From Anaerolineales bacterium (lineage in GTDB: Bacteria > Chloroflexota > Anaerolineae > Anaerolineales > E44-bin32): 64,000 nucleotides of DNA. Each line of letters opens with the position of its first letter. The stretch's first letter is position 1. A program made the position numbers and the translations under genes. The DNA lies in NCBI GenBank assembly GCA_034430425.1, contig DAOUEK010000032.1, positions 11,890 through 75,889 of the forward strand. Reading direction: 5' to 3'. The notes beneath the pieces are model-generated. The model was not told the origin of the DNA and made no database searches. It was given only the letters and a program-made list of their open reading frames with translations. Below are positions 28,026 to 37,498 of this stretch, in pieces.

Positions 28026-29807
28026 TTAGCCAGGGATCTCAAGCGCTTCCAGCCGCTCCAAACTCGCCTTCAAAACATCGAAACCGCCTTGCCAAAAGGC
28101 CGGCGAGCGAATGTTGAAGCCTGCTTTGGTTAGAATTTGCTCGGGTGATTCCGAGCCGCCAGCAGCTAGAAGCTCCAGATAGCCAGGTTTGAAGGCATCT
28201 CCCTGCTCCAGGAATCGCTGATAGAGCGAAAGCACGAGCAGTTGTCCAAATGAATAGGCATAAACATAAAACGGTGCAAAATAAAAATGGGGGATCGCCA
28301 CCCACTCCACTCGAAAATCTTCAGTCAGATCGAGCGAATCACCAAATTGATCCTTCAAATTCTCCAGGTAGAGATCCGATAGCTCGTCAACTTGAGCGCC
28401 GCTGGTGATTTGTTCGTGGGCCGCCCGTTCAAACATGGCGAAATACGCCTGACGCATGATCGTGGCATAGGCGTCATCCATCTGGCGGAAAAGCAGGTCG
28501 CGCTGCACTTCCTCGTCGGGATCCGTGGCAAGCAGCTTGTCGATAAGCAGCATCTCACCGAATGTCGAAGCCGTTTCTGCAAGCGGAAGGGATGAATGCT
28601 GCGTCAGCGCGGTGTGATGGTCGGCCAGGAGCGAATGGACGGCATGCCCCATCTCATGGGCCATCGTGGCCACATCTTCCGGTTTGCCTTGAAACGATTG
28701 CAGTACCCACGGTGTGAGATCAGGTGTCACAGTGGCGCAAAACGCGCCGCTGCGTTTTCCCTTTCGCACTTCGCTGTCGTAATGCCCTGCATGGAAAACC
28801 TTCTGTGCAAGTTCTGCCATTCGAGGGTCGAACTCCGCAAAGCTCCCCAAGACCATATCGACAGCCTGGTCGAAATCGTAGACCTTCTCGGTCTTGACGA
28901 CGGGTGCATAGATGTCGTATCGGCGCAGGCTATCCATCCCGATCCATTTTGCCTTCAGTTTGAAAAATCGATGGAACAAGGTCACATTTTTCTTGCAAAC
29001 TTCGAGCAGCGTATCAACTACTTCATCGGTAACGTCGTTGGCAATATTACGAACAGAGATCGGCGAAACATAGCCGCGCAGTCCCATGCCTTCGCTGCGC
29101 CAGTCGCGGGAGATGAATTGATAAATCTGGCCCAGGATGACTGCATCACGGTTGTATACTTCACTAAAGGACTGATAAGCCGCTTTTCGCAGATCCGCAT
29201 CCGTACTTCGCCAGAACACCTGTAATTCGCCCCGTGTGAATTCCTTTTGTTCACCATTAACTTCCAATGGAAATGTATAGCGATTGGTGATCGACTGATA
29301 AAGCGTAACCAGCGCATGGGGGCCATTGACGTCCTTAACGTTGATGATCTTCTCCTCTGCTTCCGTCAACGTGTATGGTTTCTTCAACCGCAGCGCCTCC
29401 AGCCAATAGCAGTAATCTCCGGCGAAATCCAACAACCGCTGCGCCGCTGTAGCCTCCAATCCCTTCCACCACAGGGTAAAAAACATCATACGGTTATCCA
29501 CATCGGCAGACAATTGCTGCATCTGTGCTTGAAATGTTTGTGCCGCCTGGTCCTGTGTGTCCTCGGAAAATCGTAAAGACCCATAGGCGCCCAGACGAGA
29601 TAGTATCCTTACTGCATTTTCATAATCCTCGATGATTGCGAGGAAGACTTTATCATCCAGGTCCGGACTCAATTGATCTCGATATCCCTCAAATTCTTTC
29701 AGGATCGTTTCAAGACTTTGCCGGGCTTTCTGAACTTCGGGCGAATCGATCGAAGCATACAAATCCGCCAGACTCCAACGTCCTTGTTTATACGCCTTCG
29801 CACTCAT
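28026..29807 (-). CDS. pepF: Oligoendopeptidase F (M3B family)
   Basis: ORF track, 593 aa. Zinc motif HEMGHAVHS with a downstream glutamate (LPLAETAST). Length and overall pattern are typical of PepF. Confidence 0.85.
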   Translation of the reverse strand: MSAKAYKQGRWSLADLYASIDSPEVQKARQSLETILKEFEGYRDQLSPDLDDKVFLAIIEDYENAVRILSRLGAYGSLRFSEDTQDQAAQTFQAQMQQLSADVDNRMMFFTLWWKGLEATAAQRLLDFAGDYCYWLEALRLKKPYTLTEAEEKIINVKDVNGPHALVTLYQSITNRYTFPLEVNGEQKEFTRGELQVFWRSTDADLRKAAYQSFSEVYNRDAVILGQIYQFISRDWRSEGMGLRGYVSPISVRNIANDVTDEVVDTLLEVCKKNVTLFHRFFKLKAKWIGMDSLRRYDIYAPVVKTEKVYDFDQAVDMVLGSFAEFDPRMAELAQKVFHAGHYDSEVRKGKRSGAFCATVTPDLTPWVLQSFQGKPEDVATMAHEMGHAVHSLLADHHTALTQHSSLPLAETASTFGEMLLIDKLLATDPDEEVQRDLLFRQMDDAYATIMRQAYFAMFERAAHEQITSGAQVDELSDLYLENLKDQFGDSLDLTEDFRVEWVAIPHFYFAPFYVYAYSFGQLLVLSLYQRFLEQGDAFKPGYLELLAAGGSESPEQILTKAGFNIRSPAFWQGGFDVLKASLERLEALEIPG

Positions 29808-29902
29808 TTTTACTCCTCGCCAAACGAAATTAATCGCGGTTAGTTATCTACATATTGTAACTACAAGGACAGGGAATGTGGATAAACGCGCAGAATAACC
29901 TG

Positions 29903-31000
29903 CTACACATTAAAGCGAATATAGATCACATCTCCGTCTTCAACGATGTATTCTTTCCCTTCCAGGCGCAGCTTTCCCTCAGCTCTTGCAGGTGCCAAAC
30001 CGCCCAATTCGATTAACGATTTCCAGGCGATTACTTCTGCGCGAATAAAGCCGCGTGCCAAATCCGAGTGGATCGCCCCCGCCGCATCGAGCACACTGCT
30101 GCCGCGTTCCAGGGTCCAGGCGCGCGCCTCGCTTTCATTGACGGTAAAAAACGACAGCAAATCGAGCAAATCGAACGAGGCACGCACGATCCCCTTTCGT
30201 CCAGACTCCTGAATCCCATACTCGGCGAGAAATTCCTGCGCTTCTTCGGCAGTCAGCTGCGCAATTTCCATTTCCAACTTTCCGTACAGCTGCATCACAT
30301 GCATCCGGTCAGAATGCTGCTCGATCATAAGAACATCCTGCCCTTCAGCTTGATTGACCACGATCAGAACCGGCTTTACCGAAAGCAATCCATAGCCCGA
30401 TAATGCCTCCTTCTCTTCCGGTTTGATATTTTGCTCGCGCAATGGCGTGCCATCTTCGAGGGCGGCGGCGATACGTTCGAACAGCGCAATTTCACGACCG
30501 ACGATTGCTCGATCGCGCCTTCCTTTTTGTCGCTCTTCCGCAAGGCGTTCGAGACGTCGTTCGACCATCAACATATCGTGTAAAAGGAATTCCGTCTCCA
30601 GTGTGGTGATATCGCGTTCGGGATCGATGCTCCCCGCCGGATGCGGAGCAGACGGATCGTCGAACGCCCGAACGACATGAAGTAGACCATCCACATGTTC
30701 CAGCTGGTTAACCACCTGACCGGGGAGCTCGGCAGCCCGTGCTTCCCCCTGAAAACCACCCACATCCGCATATACGATTTTGGTATAGGTCTTCTTGCGG
30801 GGATGGAGAAGGGCACTCAAACGATCGAGTCGGGGATCAGGCACATCGACGGTGGCGGTATGAACCTCGAACCTCGTCGAAGCGCCCGATGGCCCGAACG
30901 GAAGATCCGCACCGGTCAGCATGTTGTAAATCGTCGTCTTTCCACTCGACGGTAATCCCACAATCCCAAGTTGAATCACTTTGTTTCCCCTCGCATGCAT
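29903..31000 (-). CDS. ychF: Ribosome-binding ATPase YchF
   Basis: ORF track, 365 aa. G1 motif GIVGLPSSGKTTIYN and a C-terminal TGS-like domain (GFIRAEV...EGKEYIVEDGDVIYIRFNV). Confidence 0.85.
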   Translation of the reverse strand: MHARGNKVIQLGIVGLPSSGKTTIYNMLTGADLPFGPSGASTRFEVHTATVDVPDPRLDRLSALLHPRKKTYTKIVYADVGGFQGEARAAELPGQVVNQLEHVDGLLHVVRAFDDPSAPHPAGSIDPERDITTLETEFLLHDMLMVERRLERLAEERQKGRRDRAIVGREIALFERIAAALEDGTPLREQNIKPEEKEALSGYGLLSVKPVLIVVNQAEGQDVLMIEQHSDRMHVMQLYGKLEMEIAQLTAEEAQEFLAEYGIQESGRKGIVRASFDLLDLLSFFTVNESEARAWTLERGSSVLDAAGAIHSDLARGFIRAEVIAWKSLIELGGLAPARAEGKLRLEGKEYIVEDGDVIYIRFNV

Positions 31001-31117
31001 ATGGATTTCACATCACACATATTCCGATCATCCATGACATTATTTGGGCAAAGGCATATGAAAGGGATATCCGCTGTGCCGTAGAAACCCCGACTGGCAG
31101 CTTGTTGCGACGAAAGC

Positions 31118-31146
31118 TTGACCGTCCGCCAGCGTTTGAATATACT
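31118..31146 (+). promoter_or_regulatory. Sigma70-like promoter for tRNA-Leu
   Basis: TTGACC (31118-31123), a 17-nt spacer and TATACT (31141-31146). The tRNA begins 9 nt after the -10 box. Confidence 0.6.
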
Positions 31147-31154
31147 AGCCTTAC

Positions 31155-31236
31155 GCCGAAGTGGCGGAACTGGCAGACGCGCGCGACTCAAACTCGCGTT
31201 CCTTCGGGATTGTGGGTTCGATTCCCACCTTCGGCA
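31155..31236 (+). tRNA. tRNA-Leu, anticodon CAA, class II
   Basis: Manual fold. Acceptor GCCGAAG/CTTCGGC. Anticodon stem CGCGA/TCGCG with loop CTCAAAC (anticodon CAA). Variable arm of 13 nt. T arm GTGGG-TTCGATT-CCCAC. Discriminator A. CCA is not encoded. Confidence 0.9.
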
Positions 31237-31256
31237 TCAGTCGATTATAGCATAGC

Positions 31257-31289
31257 CGACCCCAGCAGATCAGATCGATGCTGGGGTCG
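31257..31289 (+). terminator. Strong hairpin downstream of tRNA-Leu (no U tract)
   Basis: CGACCCCAGCA pairs with TGCTGGGGTCG as an 11-bp perfect stem around an 11-nt loop (GATCAGATCGA). No T run follows, so a terminator role is uncertain. Confidence 0.4.
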
Positions 31290-31420
31290 AGCGCGCCAGA
31301 AAGCGGAGCTGCGCACATCATCATGTGTAAAATAATGCACATCCAGAGGCAGCATCTGTGCCGTAATTGCTCTCACCTGTTGCAGAGCCGGGCGCAATGT
31401 GGCAAAATCCATCCGATACG

Positions 31421-31783
31421 ATGAAAAATACTACCCTTTCCCGTTTGATCATTGGCATCATCATCGGCCTCGTTCTTGGTGTACTCTACGGTTGGATCAT
31501 TCGTCCCGTGGAATACATCGATACCACCCCGAACACGCTGCGCGCCGACTATCGAACGGATTACGTACTGATGATTGCCGAAACCTACAGCGGGGATGGG
31601 GATCTCGATTCCGCCCTTGTCCGGCTCGCAGCACTCGGTTCTCAGTCTCCCATCGAGATTGTGTTGGAAGCCATCGATTTCAGTATCGAAGCCGATCGCC
31701 CCCGTTCTGAATTGGAAGTCCTCAACCATCTCGCCAATCAAGTACGCGATCTGCAAACCTCTCCCGAGATTGGCGGGCCATGA
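31421..31783 (+). CDS. Hypothetical single-pass membrane protein (paralog of the next gene's N-terminal domain)
   Basis: ORF track 31367..31783. I prefer ATG 31421, which gives MKNTTLSRLIIGIIIGLVLGVLYGWIIRPVEYIDTTPNTLRADYRTDY. The stop overlaps the next start (ATGA). Confidence 0.5.
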   Translation: MKNTTLSRLIIGIIIGLVLGVLYGWIIRPVEYIDTTPNTLRADYRTDYVLMIAETYSGDGDLDSALVRLAALGSQSPIEIVLEAIDFSIEADRPRSELEVLNHLANQVRDLQTSPEIGGP

Positions 31784-32580
31784 TGAAAGCAAAGTGGTTT
31801 CCGCTCCTTTTCGGCATGATCCTGGGGCTCGGCCTGGGTGTTTATTACGCATGGGTGGTCAATCCCGTCGAATACCTGGAAACCGCACCGGCAGCACTGC
31901 GGGACGAATACAAAGCGGATTATTACAACTTAATTGCCCTTGCATATGCCAGCACAGGAGATCTCGAGCGCGCCCAATCGCGGCTTGCGCAGGTCCCGGA
32001 TCCCAATCCCGCCGGCACACTCAGCCAACTGGCACAGACGCGTCTGGCGGCAGGCCGGCCCGAGAATGAAGTTCGTGCGCTTGCCGTGCTCGCCGCTGCG
32101 CTTGGTGAACGTCCGGCTCCCGTCGAATCTTCTCCATCACCCCAAAGTGATACTTCGCCAGCCCCCGCAACGCCAACACGAACGGCCACGATTACCCGAC
32201 CGCCACGCACAAATACACCCACAGCAACGCCCGGAGCCCCCTTCGAAGTCGTTGAAAAAGAGTTGATCTGTGATCCGGACCTGGCAGCGCCATTGATCCA
32301 GATCGAAGTCATCGATGCCGCCGGAGATCCCGTAGCCGGGATCGAAACGCTCATCGTTTGGGATGAAGGCGAAGATCACTTCTTTACCGGCTTGAAACCG
32401 GAACTGGGTATTGGCTATGCGGATTTCGCCATGCAGGTGGGGGTCTTCTATACCCTGCAGCTCGTCGATTCGAATTTCCCCGTAACCGGGTTGTCCGCTG
32501 AAGCATGTGCTGGAGAAGATGGAGAATCTTTCTTTGGTTCGTGGCTGCTTACATTCCAACAACCGGCTGCGGAACCTTAA
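31780..32580 (+). CDS. Hypothetical single-pass membrane protein with a Pro/Thr-rich linker and an unknown C-terminal domain
   Basis: ORF track, 266 aa. The N-terminus FPLLFGMILGLGLGVYYAWVVNPVEYLETAPAALRDEYKADY parallels the upstream gene. A PT-rich linker (SPAPATPTRTATITRPPRTNTPTATP) precedes the C-terminal domain. Confidence 0.5.
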   Translation: MMKAKWFPLLFGMILGLGLGVYYAWVVNPVEYLETAPAALRDEYKADYYNLIALAYASTGDLERAQSRLAQVPDPNPAGTLSQLAQTRLAAGRPENEVRALAVLAAALGERPAPVESSPSPQSDTSPAPATPTRTATITRPPRTNTPTATPGAPFEVVEKELICDPDLAAPLIQIEVIDAAGDPVAGIETLIVWDEGEDHFFTGLKPELGIGYADFAMQVGVFYTLQLVDSNFPVTGLSAEACAGEDGESFFGSWLLTFQQPAAEP

Positions 32581-32612
32581 TCCATTCCGTTCTCATTATC
32601 CTTATCGATAGG

Positions 32613-33089
32613 TCAGGAACCGCTTGGGATCAGATGTTCTGGCACCTGAACGGCCACCACCTCTCCACGCGCACAAAGCTCGCCTTGGGCGTAGAGACCG
32701 GAGGTGACAATTACTTTCCTGCCTTTGATCTCCTTGATCATGCTGCGAATCTCCAACGGCACGCCCATAGGCGTCGGTTTGATATAGTCCACATGTAAAG
32801 CCGCGGTCAGAAAGCGCAGCGGTGGATCTGTGTCCATGGCTCGCTTCTCAGCGCGATACGCTGCTGCAGCCGCGGAGCCCGTGCTGTGGCAGTCAATCAG
32901 TGAGGCAATCAAACCCCCGTAGACATAACCTGGAATGGCAATATGGCAGGGTGACGGAGTGAAGGTCATCACGGTTTCATCCCCATCCCAATAACTCTTG
33001 ATTTGCAAACCATGGTCGTTCAAACGTCCGCAGCCATAGCAATGACTGTATTCATCCCGGTAGTAATCTTGGAATGCCTTCTCCGTCAT
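32613..33089 (-). CDS. PaaI-family (hotdog-fold) thioesterase
   Basis: ORF track, 158 aa. N-terminal CYGCG element and the core GYVYGGLIASLIDCHSTG, typical of PaaI/4HBT-type thioesterases. Confidence 0.7.
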   Translation of the reverse strand: MTEKAFQDYYRDEYSHCYGCGRLNDHGLQIKSYWDGDETVMTFTPSPCHIAIPGYVYGGLIASLIDCHSTGSAAAAAYRAEKRAMDTDPPLRFLTAALHVDYIKPTPMGVPLEIRSMIKEIKGRKVIVTSGLYAQGELCARGEVVAVQVPEHLIPSGS

Positions 33090-33130
33090 TCGAATTTCTC
33101 CTCGAAACCATGCAGTTCGTTATTCGATGG

Positions 33131-34021
33131 TTAGTCCTGACTATTTCGACGGCGCTCCCGCAGAACTTCCCGGATGCGTGGCCCCAATTCAGCAATAATG
33201 GGGGATGGCTCACTGGGCTGCCAGGCTTTCTGCGCCTCCGCTGCAGGCTGCGGCCAGGACTCCTGCGAGTGGACGATTTCACCCGGGGTATCGGCGTTCG
33301 TCAGCACTTCCAAGCACTGACGAAGCACACGCATCTGCTGCGCTGCATCATGCGCCCGGCCTAAGGTCTGCCCGAAAGGAAATTCAACGGCCAGCGTACG
33401 CGGGACACCGGTTTTTTCCACCCAAAACGGCATCATCGTCACCAATATCGTGCAAAGACCGGCTTGCTCCAATGTGCGTGCCAACACGGGCACATTAATC
33501 GCACAATCCGGTCAAGCGGGCGTAAGCAGCACACAATGCACTCCCTCGGCATGGAATCGATCAGCGACCTGGGGGCCATAGGTCTCACGCCATGCACTCG
33601 CATCCGGCGGGTACCCTTGAAAACCCATGAAAGAGTATGCATTCTCCGCCAATCCACCGATCCGCTTCGCATCCACCAATTCGCGCATGCGATCGATAGG
33701 CAGCAATACATTAATATCGTCAAGTACCATGGCTTGATTGATGTGCAGGTGGCTGATGCGGATTTGATCGAAATCAACATCCGTAGGAATCGTGCGGAAG
33801 GTTGGGTCACCCCAAGTTGGTTCTTGCTTTTCTCGTTCGAGATCGAAAGGCGGCTCACTACCGTTGTGATAGAGACCACCCGAGGTCACCAACCCGAAGG
33901 TACACTCCTCCACCGGGCGCGGCAGCGGCGTCCAGGGTATGGGAAACTCCGCTTCTCGTGTTGTTGATTGATAAAACATCGCAATCAGACGGGGTAAGTA
34001 TTTAAAACTATCGACCGGCAT
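33131..34021 (-). CDS. Glycine/sarcosine/betaine/D-proline reductase selenoprotein B (GrdB/PrdB)-family protein, with selenocysteine at an in-frame TGA
   Basis: Two ORF-track entries (33512..34021 and 33131..33493) are in the same frame, separated only by TGA at 33512-33514 plus 6 sense codons. The joined reading is ...GVHCVLLTPA-U-PDCAINVPVLARTLEQAGLCTILVTMMP..., which gives a U-x-x-C redox motif. The N-terminal half (GLVTSGGLYH...) matches my recollection of the GRDB family. Confidence 0.65.
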
Positions 34022-34122
34022 ACTATTCTCCCATTCCAGTTTAAACGCACACCAAAGATCGTCTGCGCCCGAATTCTAACCATAAAGCCAAATATCTAAA
34101 ATGGGAATGCAGAACAGTGCTT

Positions 34123-34587
34123 CTACGACTCTTCCGCAGATACCTCAGAAGGAGCTTGCGCTTCATCGAGAGATTCCTGCGCTTCATCCTCCTCCAGTTC
34201 CGGGGTAAAACCGAGATCGAGCTCTTCCTCCATGGTGATTTTCCCCCGCAGAAAGGCGCCTTCTTCCGTCGAAAATGAGGTCGTGACAACATCCCCCCAG
34301 ACGCGGCCGTTTCGAGTGATCTCGACTTTTCGCGCGGTGATGCTGCCCTTGACCGAACCGGCGACGACCACTGTCACCGCTCGGATTTGTTCGCAAGTCA
34401 CTCGTCCCTTTTCCCCCACCACAACAAGTCCTTGCAGAGAAATCTCTCCATCGAAAACCCCCTCGATACGAACACCGCCTGTGCCGGAAATCTGTCCTTG
34501 CCAGATGATGCCAGGTCCAAGTACGGAATCCACCCTCTCCGGCACCGGTCGAGTTACGTCCGGCTCATCACCCGTTCTGCGAAACAT
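34123..34587 (-). CDS. Bactofilin (polymer-forming cytoskeletal protein) with an acidic tail
   Basis: ORF track, 154 aa. The repetitive beta-helix pattern GTGGVRIEGVFDGEISLQGLVVVGEKGRVTCEQIRAVTVVVAGSVKGSITARKVEITRNGRVWGDV is typical of DUF583/bactofilin. Confidence 0.8.
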   Translation of the reverse strand: MFRRTGDEPDVTRPVPERVDSVLGPGIIWQGQISGTGGVRIEGVFDGEISLQGLVVVGEKGRVTCEQIRAVTVVVAGSVKGSITARKVEITRNGRVWGDVVTTSFSTEEGAFLRGKITMEEELDLGFTPELEEDEAQESLDEAQAPSEVSAEES

Positions 34588-34699
34588 GCATCCTCCAATG
34601 TCTACCGAATGGGAGCATAATCGTTCCGAGGATAGATGTCAATAAAGCCTGAGTCCGATTGAAACATCGCTCCGCCTGTCGAAAAAATCCGCCAATCGC

Positions 34700-35704
34700 T
34701 TACCCTGATTGGATATTCGCTGCCGCCGGCAAACCGCCAGCGCCTTCCGCCTTCAGCACGGCGTTCACAATGGCCCGGGCAACGACTTCAGCGCCGTAGG
34801 CACCGACAAGATTAACATCCGTCATTTTCTTTCCCGTGGCGAGCGCAATGAGTGTATCGCCATCATACATCGTATGCGCCGGTCGTACCGCGCGGGCGAC
34901 GCCATCCTGTGCCATCTGCGCCACTTTATTCACTTCTTCCTTGTTCAGCTGCGCATTCGTGGCCACAACCCCAATCACCGTGTTGCTTTTAGCGGCAAAC
35001 CGCAGGGCGGTCTTGCCCACCATGCCCTTCATGGCAGCAAGTGTATCCGCGAAAGGTTTATCGCCCCCGAGATTAATGGGACCCAACTTCGCAGGACGTG
35101 CACCAGCAAGGATGTTCCCCGTTTGAGGGTCCACCACGTCGCCAAGTGGATTTACAGCGATAATCGCGCCAACGATGATGCCGCCGCCCAAATCAATACT
35201 TGCGCTGCCGATGCCACTCTTCATCGCACCCGCCATTCCCAGGATTTTTCCGACGCTGGCACCCATCCCCGCACCAACGTTGCCTTCTTGCGGACGATCC
35301 GCTGAGGCATTTTGGCAGGCGAGATATCCCATGGCGGCGTCTGGCCGCACGTCCGATCTCCCGATCCCCAGATCGAATAGTATTGCTGCGGGCACGATGG
35401 GCACTTTTGCAACCGTCGTGTCGTGCCCGATGTCGCGCTCCTCGAGATAACGCATCACGCCGGCCGCGGCATCCAGGCCGAAAGCCGAACCCCCGGCCAG
35501 CAAGACCGCATGAACCTTTTGGACCAGATGGGAAGGGCGCAGCAAGTCCGTCTCGCGCGTACCCGGTGCGCCGCCGCGTTGGTCGACTCCACCGACGGCC
35601 CCATCCGTACAAAGCACCACCGTGCAGCCGGTCATCGCCTGCGCATCATCCGCATGGCCAACCATGATGCCCGGTACATCTGTAATCGCATCTGCTAACT
35701 TCAT
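34700..35704 (-). CDS. P1 family peptidase (DmpA/S58 L-aminopeptidase-like)
   Basis: ORF track, 334 aa. Motifs GCTVVLC, GAPGTRETDLL and SNTVIGVVATNAQL are typical of the DmpA-like Ntn family. Confidence 0.75.
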   Translation of the reverse strand: MKLADAITDVPGIMVGHADDAQAMTGCTVVLCTDGAVGGVDQRGGAPGTRETDLLRPSHLVQKVHAVLLAGGSAFGLDAAAGVMRYLEERDIGHDTTVAKVPIVPAAILFDLGIGRSDVRPDAAMGYLACQNASADRPQEGNVGAGMGASVGKILGMAGAMKSGIGSASIDLGGGIIVGAIIAVNPLGDVVDPQTGNILAGARPAKLGPINLGGDKPFADTLAAMKGMVGKTALRFAAKSNTVIGVVATNAQLNKEEVNKVAQMAQDGVARAVRPAHTMYDGDTLIALATGKKMTDVNLVGAYGAEVVARAIVNAVLKAEGAGGLPAAANIQSG

Positions 35705-35787
35705 CTGACACCCCCGATTCCCATCATCAAGACCGCCCCGCTGACGGCAACAGACCAGACCATGAGGTCCGATATTGGATGGTTAAT

Positions 35788-36273
35788 TCATCCCAGCTTA
35801 TAGCCAAACTTCCGCAGCAGGGCAATGCGTTCCCGGACTTCCTCTTCGCCCTCAACACCGGCGCTGATAACACCATCGATCACCCCCAGCACCCCGCGAC
35901 CTTGTTCGCTTTCGGCAAGAATCACTTCAACGGGGTTCGCTGTAGCGCAGAATACGCGGCATACTTCTGGCACAGTTTTAACGGCGTTGAGCACATTCAC
36001 CGGGAACACATTCCCCAGGCAAATGATAAACACGTGTCCCGCGGATAACGCCAAGGCGTTTTCCTTCGCCAGTTCGATCATCGACTCATCCGTGCCACTC
36101 ACACGTACGAGCGCCGGTCCGGAAGCTTCACAAAAAGCCAGACCAAACTCGATCCCCGGCACAGCGCCAACCAGCGCCTCATGAAGATCCTCAACCGTTT
36201 TAATAAAGTGGGACTGGCCGATAATCACGTTTAACGATTCAGGTTTCTCGATCTTGACGGTCAATAACTCCAT
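35788..36273 (-). CDS. Adenosine-specific kinase family protein (PF04008-like)
   Basis: ORF track 35788..36348. ATG 36273 has GGAGGAG upstream and gives MELLTVKIEKPESLNVIIGQSHFIKTVEDLHEALV...GLAFCEASGP...VFCATANPV, which matches my recollection of this family. Confidence 0.55.
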   Translation of the reverse strand: MELLTVKIEKPESLNVIIGQSHFIKTVEDLHEALVGAVPGIEFGLAFCEASGPALVRVSGTDESMIELAKENALALSAGHVFIICLGNVFPVNVLNAVKTVPEVCRVFCATANPVEVILAESEQGRGVLGVIDGVISAGVEGEEEVRERIALLRKFGYKLG

Positions 36274-36591
36274 TTGTTTAACTCCTCCCCGGAAATGGGC
36301 CTGGGCCTTTCTCCAGGCATATTCGCATATCTGCATAATTAAGTGCACACATATCCGCTTTCATTCTAGCGCAGACGAAATGAAATAACAGCACACGAGC
36401 ACCGTCGAAAACGTTCTTGAAGCTGACGTTAAACAAACCCGGGCAACACATCACCTTCGATATTTCTAATTTCGTAGAGGAATATACCACGCTTGCCATC
36501 GATCGCCACAGGCAACCACCCGGAAAAAACCCATGGGACTTCATCACGCAAGCCATTCGATCAATTTCGATCCAACCTGCGAGTCGTTGTC

Positions 36592-37404
36592 TTATTTACA
36601 CTCGAGATCCAACTGGGGATTCGAGGCATCTATATCCGGCGGCCGGAGGGGGTGATTGAGAAGCGCGGCGAATTGACGCACACTTTCAGGACTGTGGCCG
36701 GCAAAATGATTGTTGAAGAAGCCGTATACATCAACACCGGCATCCAAAAATCCATCCACGATTTGCGCCCACGCTTCGAGCGCTTTTATCCGATCGATCT
36801 GAATACGGTCAAATACCTGAATGTCTTTACGCCTTCCCAGCCAGCGTATCACGCTGAAATCGGCGGTAACCCAATCCAGCCGCGGCATGTAATGCAAATC
36901 TTGAAGCACGAGGGCCACATTATGACTGGCAAGCATTTCACGAAAGGCGGGGGTTAGCCATTCTCGGCTGCGTACCTCTACAGCATAGCGCTGGCCACCC
37001 GGAAGGGACTCCAGGAAACCATCCAGACGATCGAATTGTTCGGATTTGAAGTCATAGGCAAACTGCAAGGTGAGTACAGCCAACTTGTCTCCCAGAGCTT
37101 GCATGCTGCCGATGAAGGCTTCTGCATCCCCTAGAGCGTTTTCCAGTTTTTTCTCGTGTGTGATCAATTGGGGAAATTTTGCGGCGAACTTGAAATTTGC
37201 AGGTGTGCGTTGATCCCAGCCTTGAATCGTCATCGCCTTGGGCACACCATAAAAAGTAGAATCGATCTCTACACTTGGAAAATGACGAACATACGCCTCC
37301 AGGTAAGATCGGGATGGCGTTCCCTCCGGGTAGAAAGGTCCCACCCAATCCTTGAAAGAAAAGCCCTGCGTGCCTAAATAGAGATTCCCTGTTCGATCTT
37401 TCAT
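36592..37404 (-). CDS. DUF72 family protein
   Basis: ORF track 36592..37485. The internal ATG 37404 gives MKDRTGNLYLGTQGFSFKDWVGPFYP, the typical DUF72 N-terminus. Confidence 0.7.
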   Translation of the reverse strand: MKDRTGNLYLGTQGFSFKDWVGPFYPEGTPSRSYLEAYVRHFPSVEIDSTFYGVPKAMTIQGWDQRTPANFKFAAKFPQLITHEKKLENALGDAEAFIGSMQALGDKLAVLTLQFAYDFKSEQFDRLDGFLESLPGGQRYAVEVRSREWLTPAFREMLASHNVALVLQDLHYMPRLDWVTADFSVIRWLGRRKDIQVFDRIQIDRIKALEAWAQIVDGFLDAGVDVYGFFNNHFAGHSPESVRQFAALLNHPLRPPDIDASNPQLDLECK

Positions 37405-37498
37405 ATTGAAATTTACATCGCATCCAAGCGAGGGGCAATTAACAATGATTGTGAAGGCAAAACTCTCGTGCAACTCGTTTCCCACACTTGAACGAGAC

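Noticed and set aside
33494-33514. Treating TGA 33512-33514 as a real stop, giving two separate small genes or a disrupted pseudogene.
   Set aside because: The stop is specifically TGA and the downstream ORF is in the same frame only 6 codons later. The junction creates U-x-x-C in a family known to contain selenoproteins, and a hairpin follows at a SECIS-like distance. A pseudogene cannot be excluded without checking for sel genes elsewhere in the genome.
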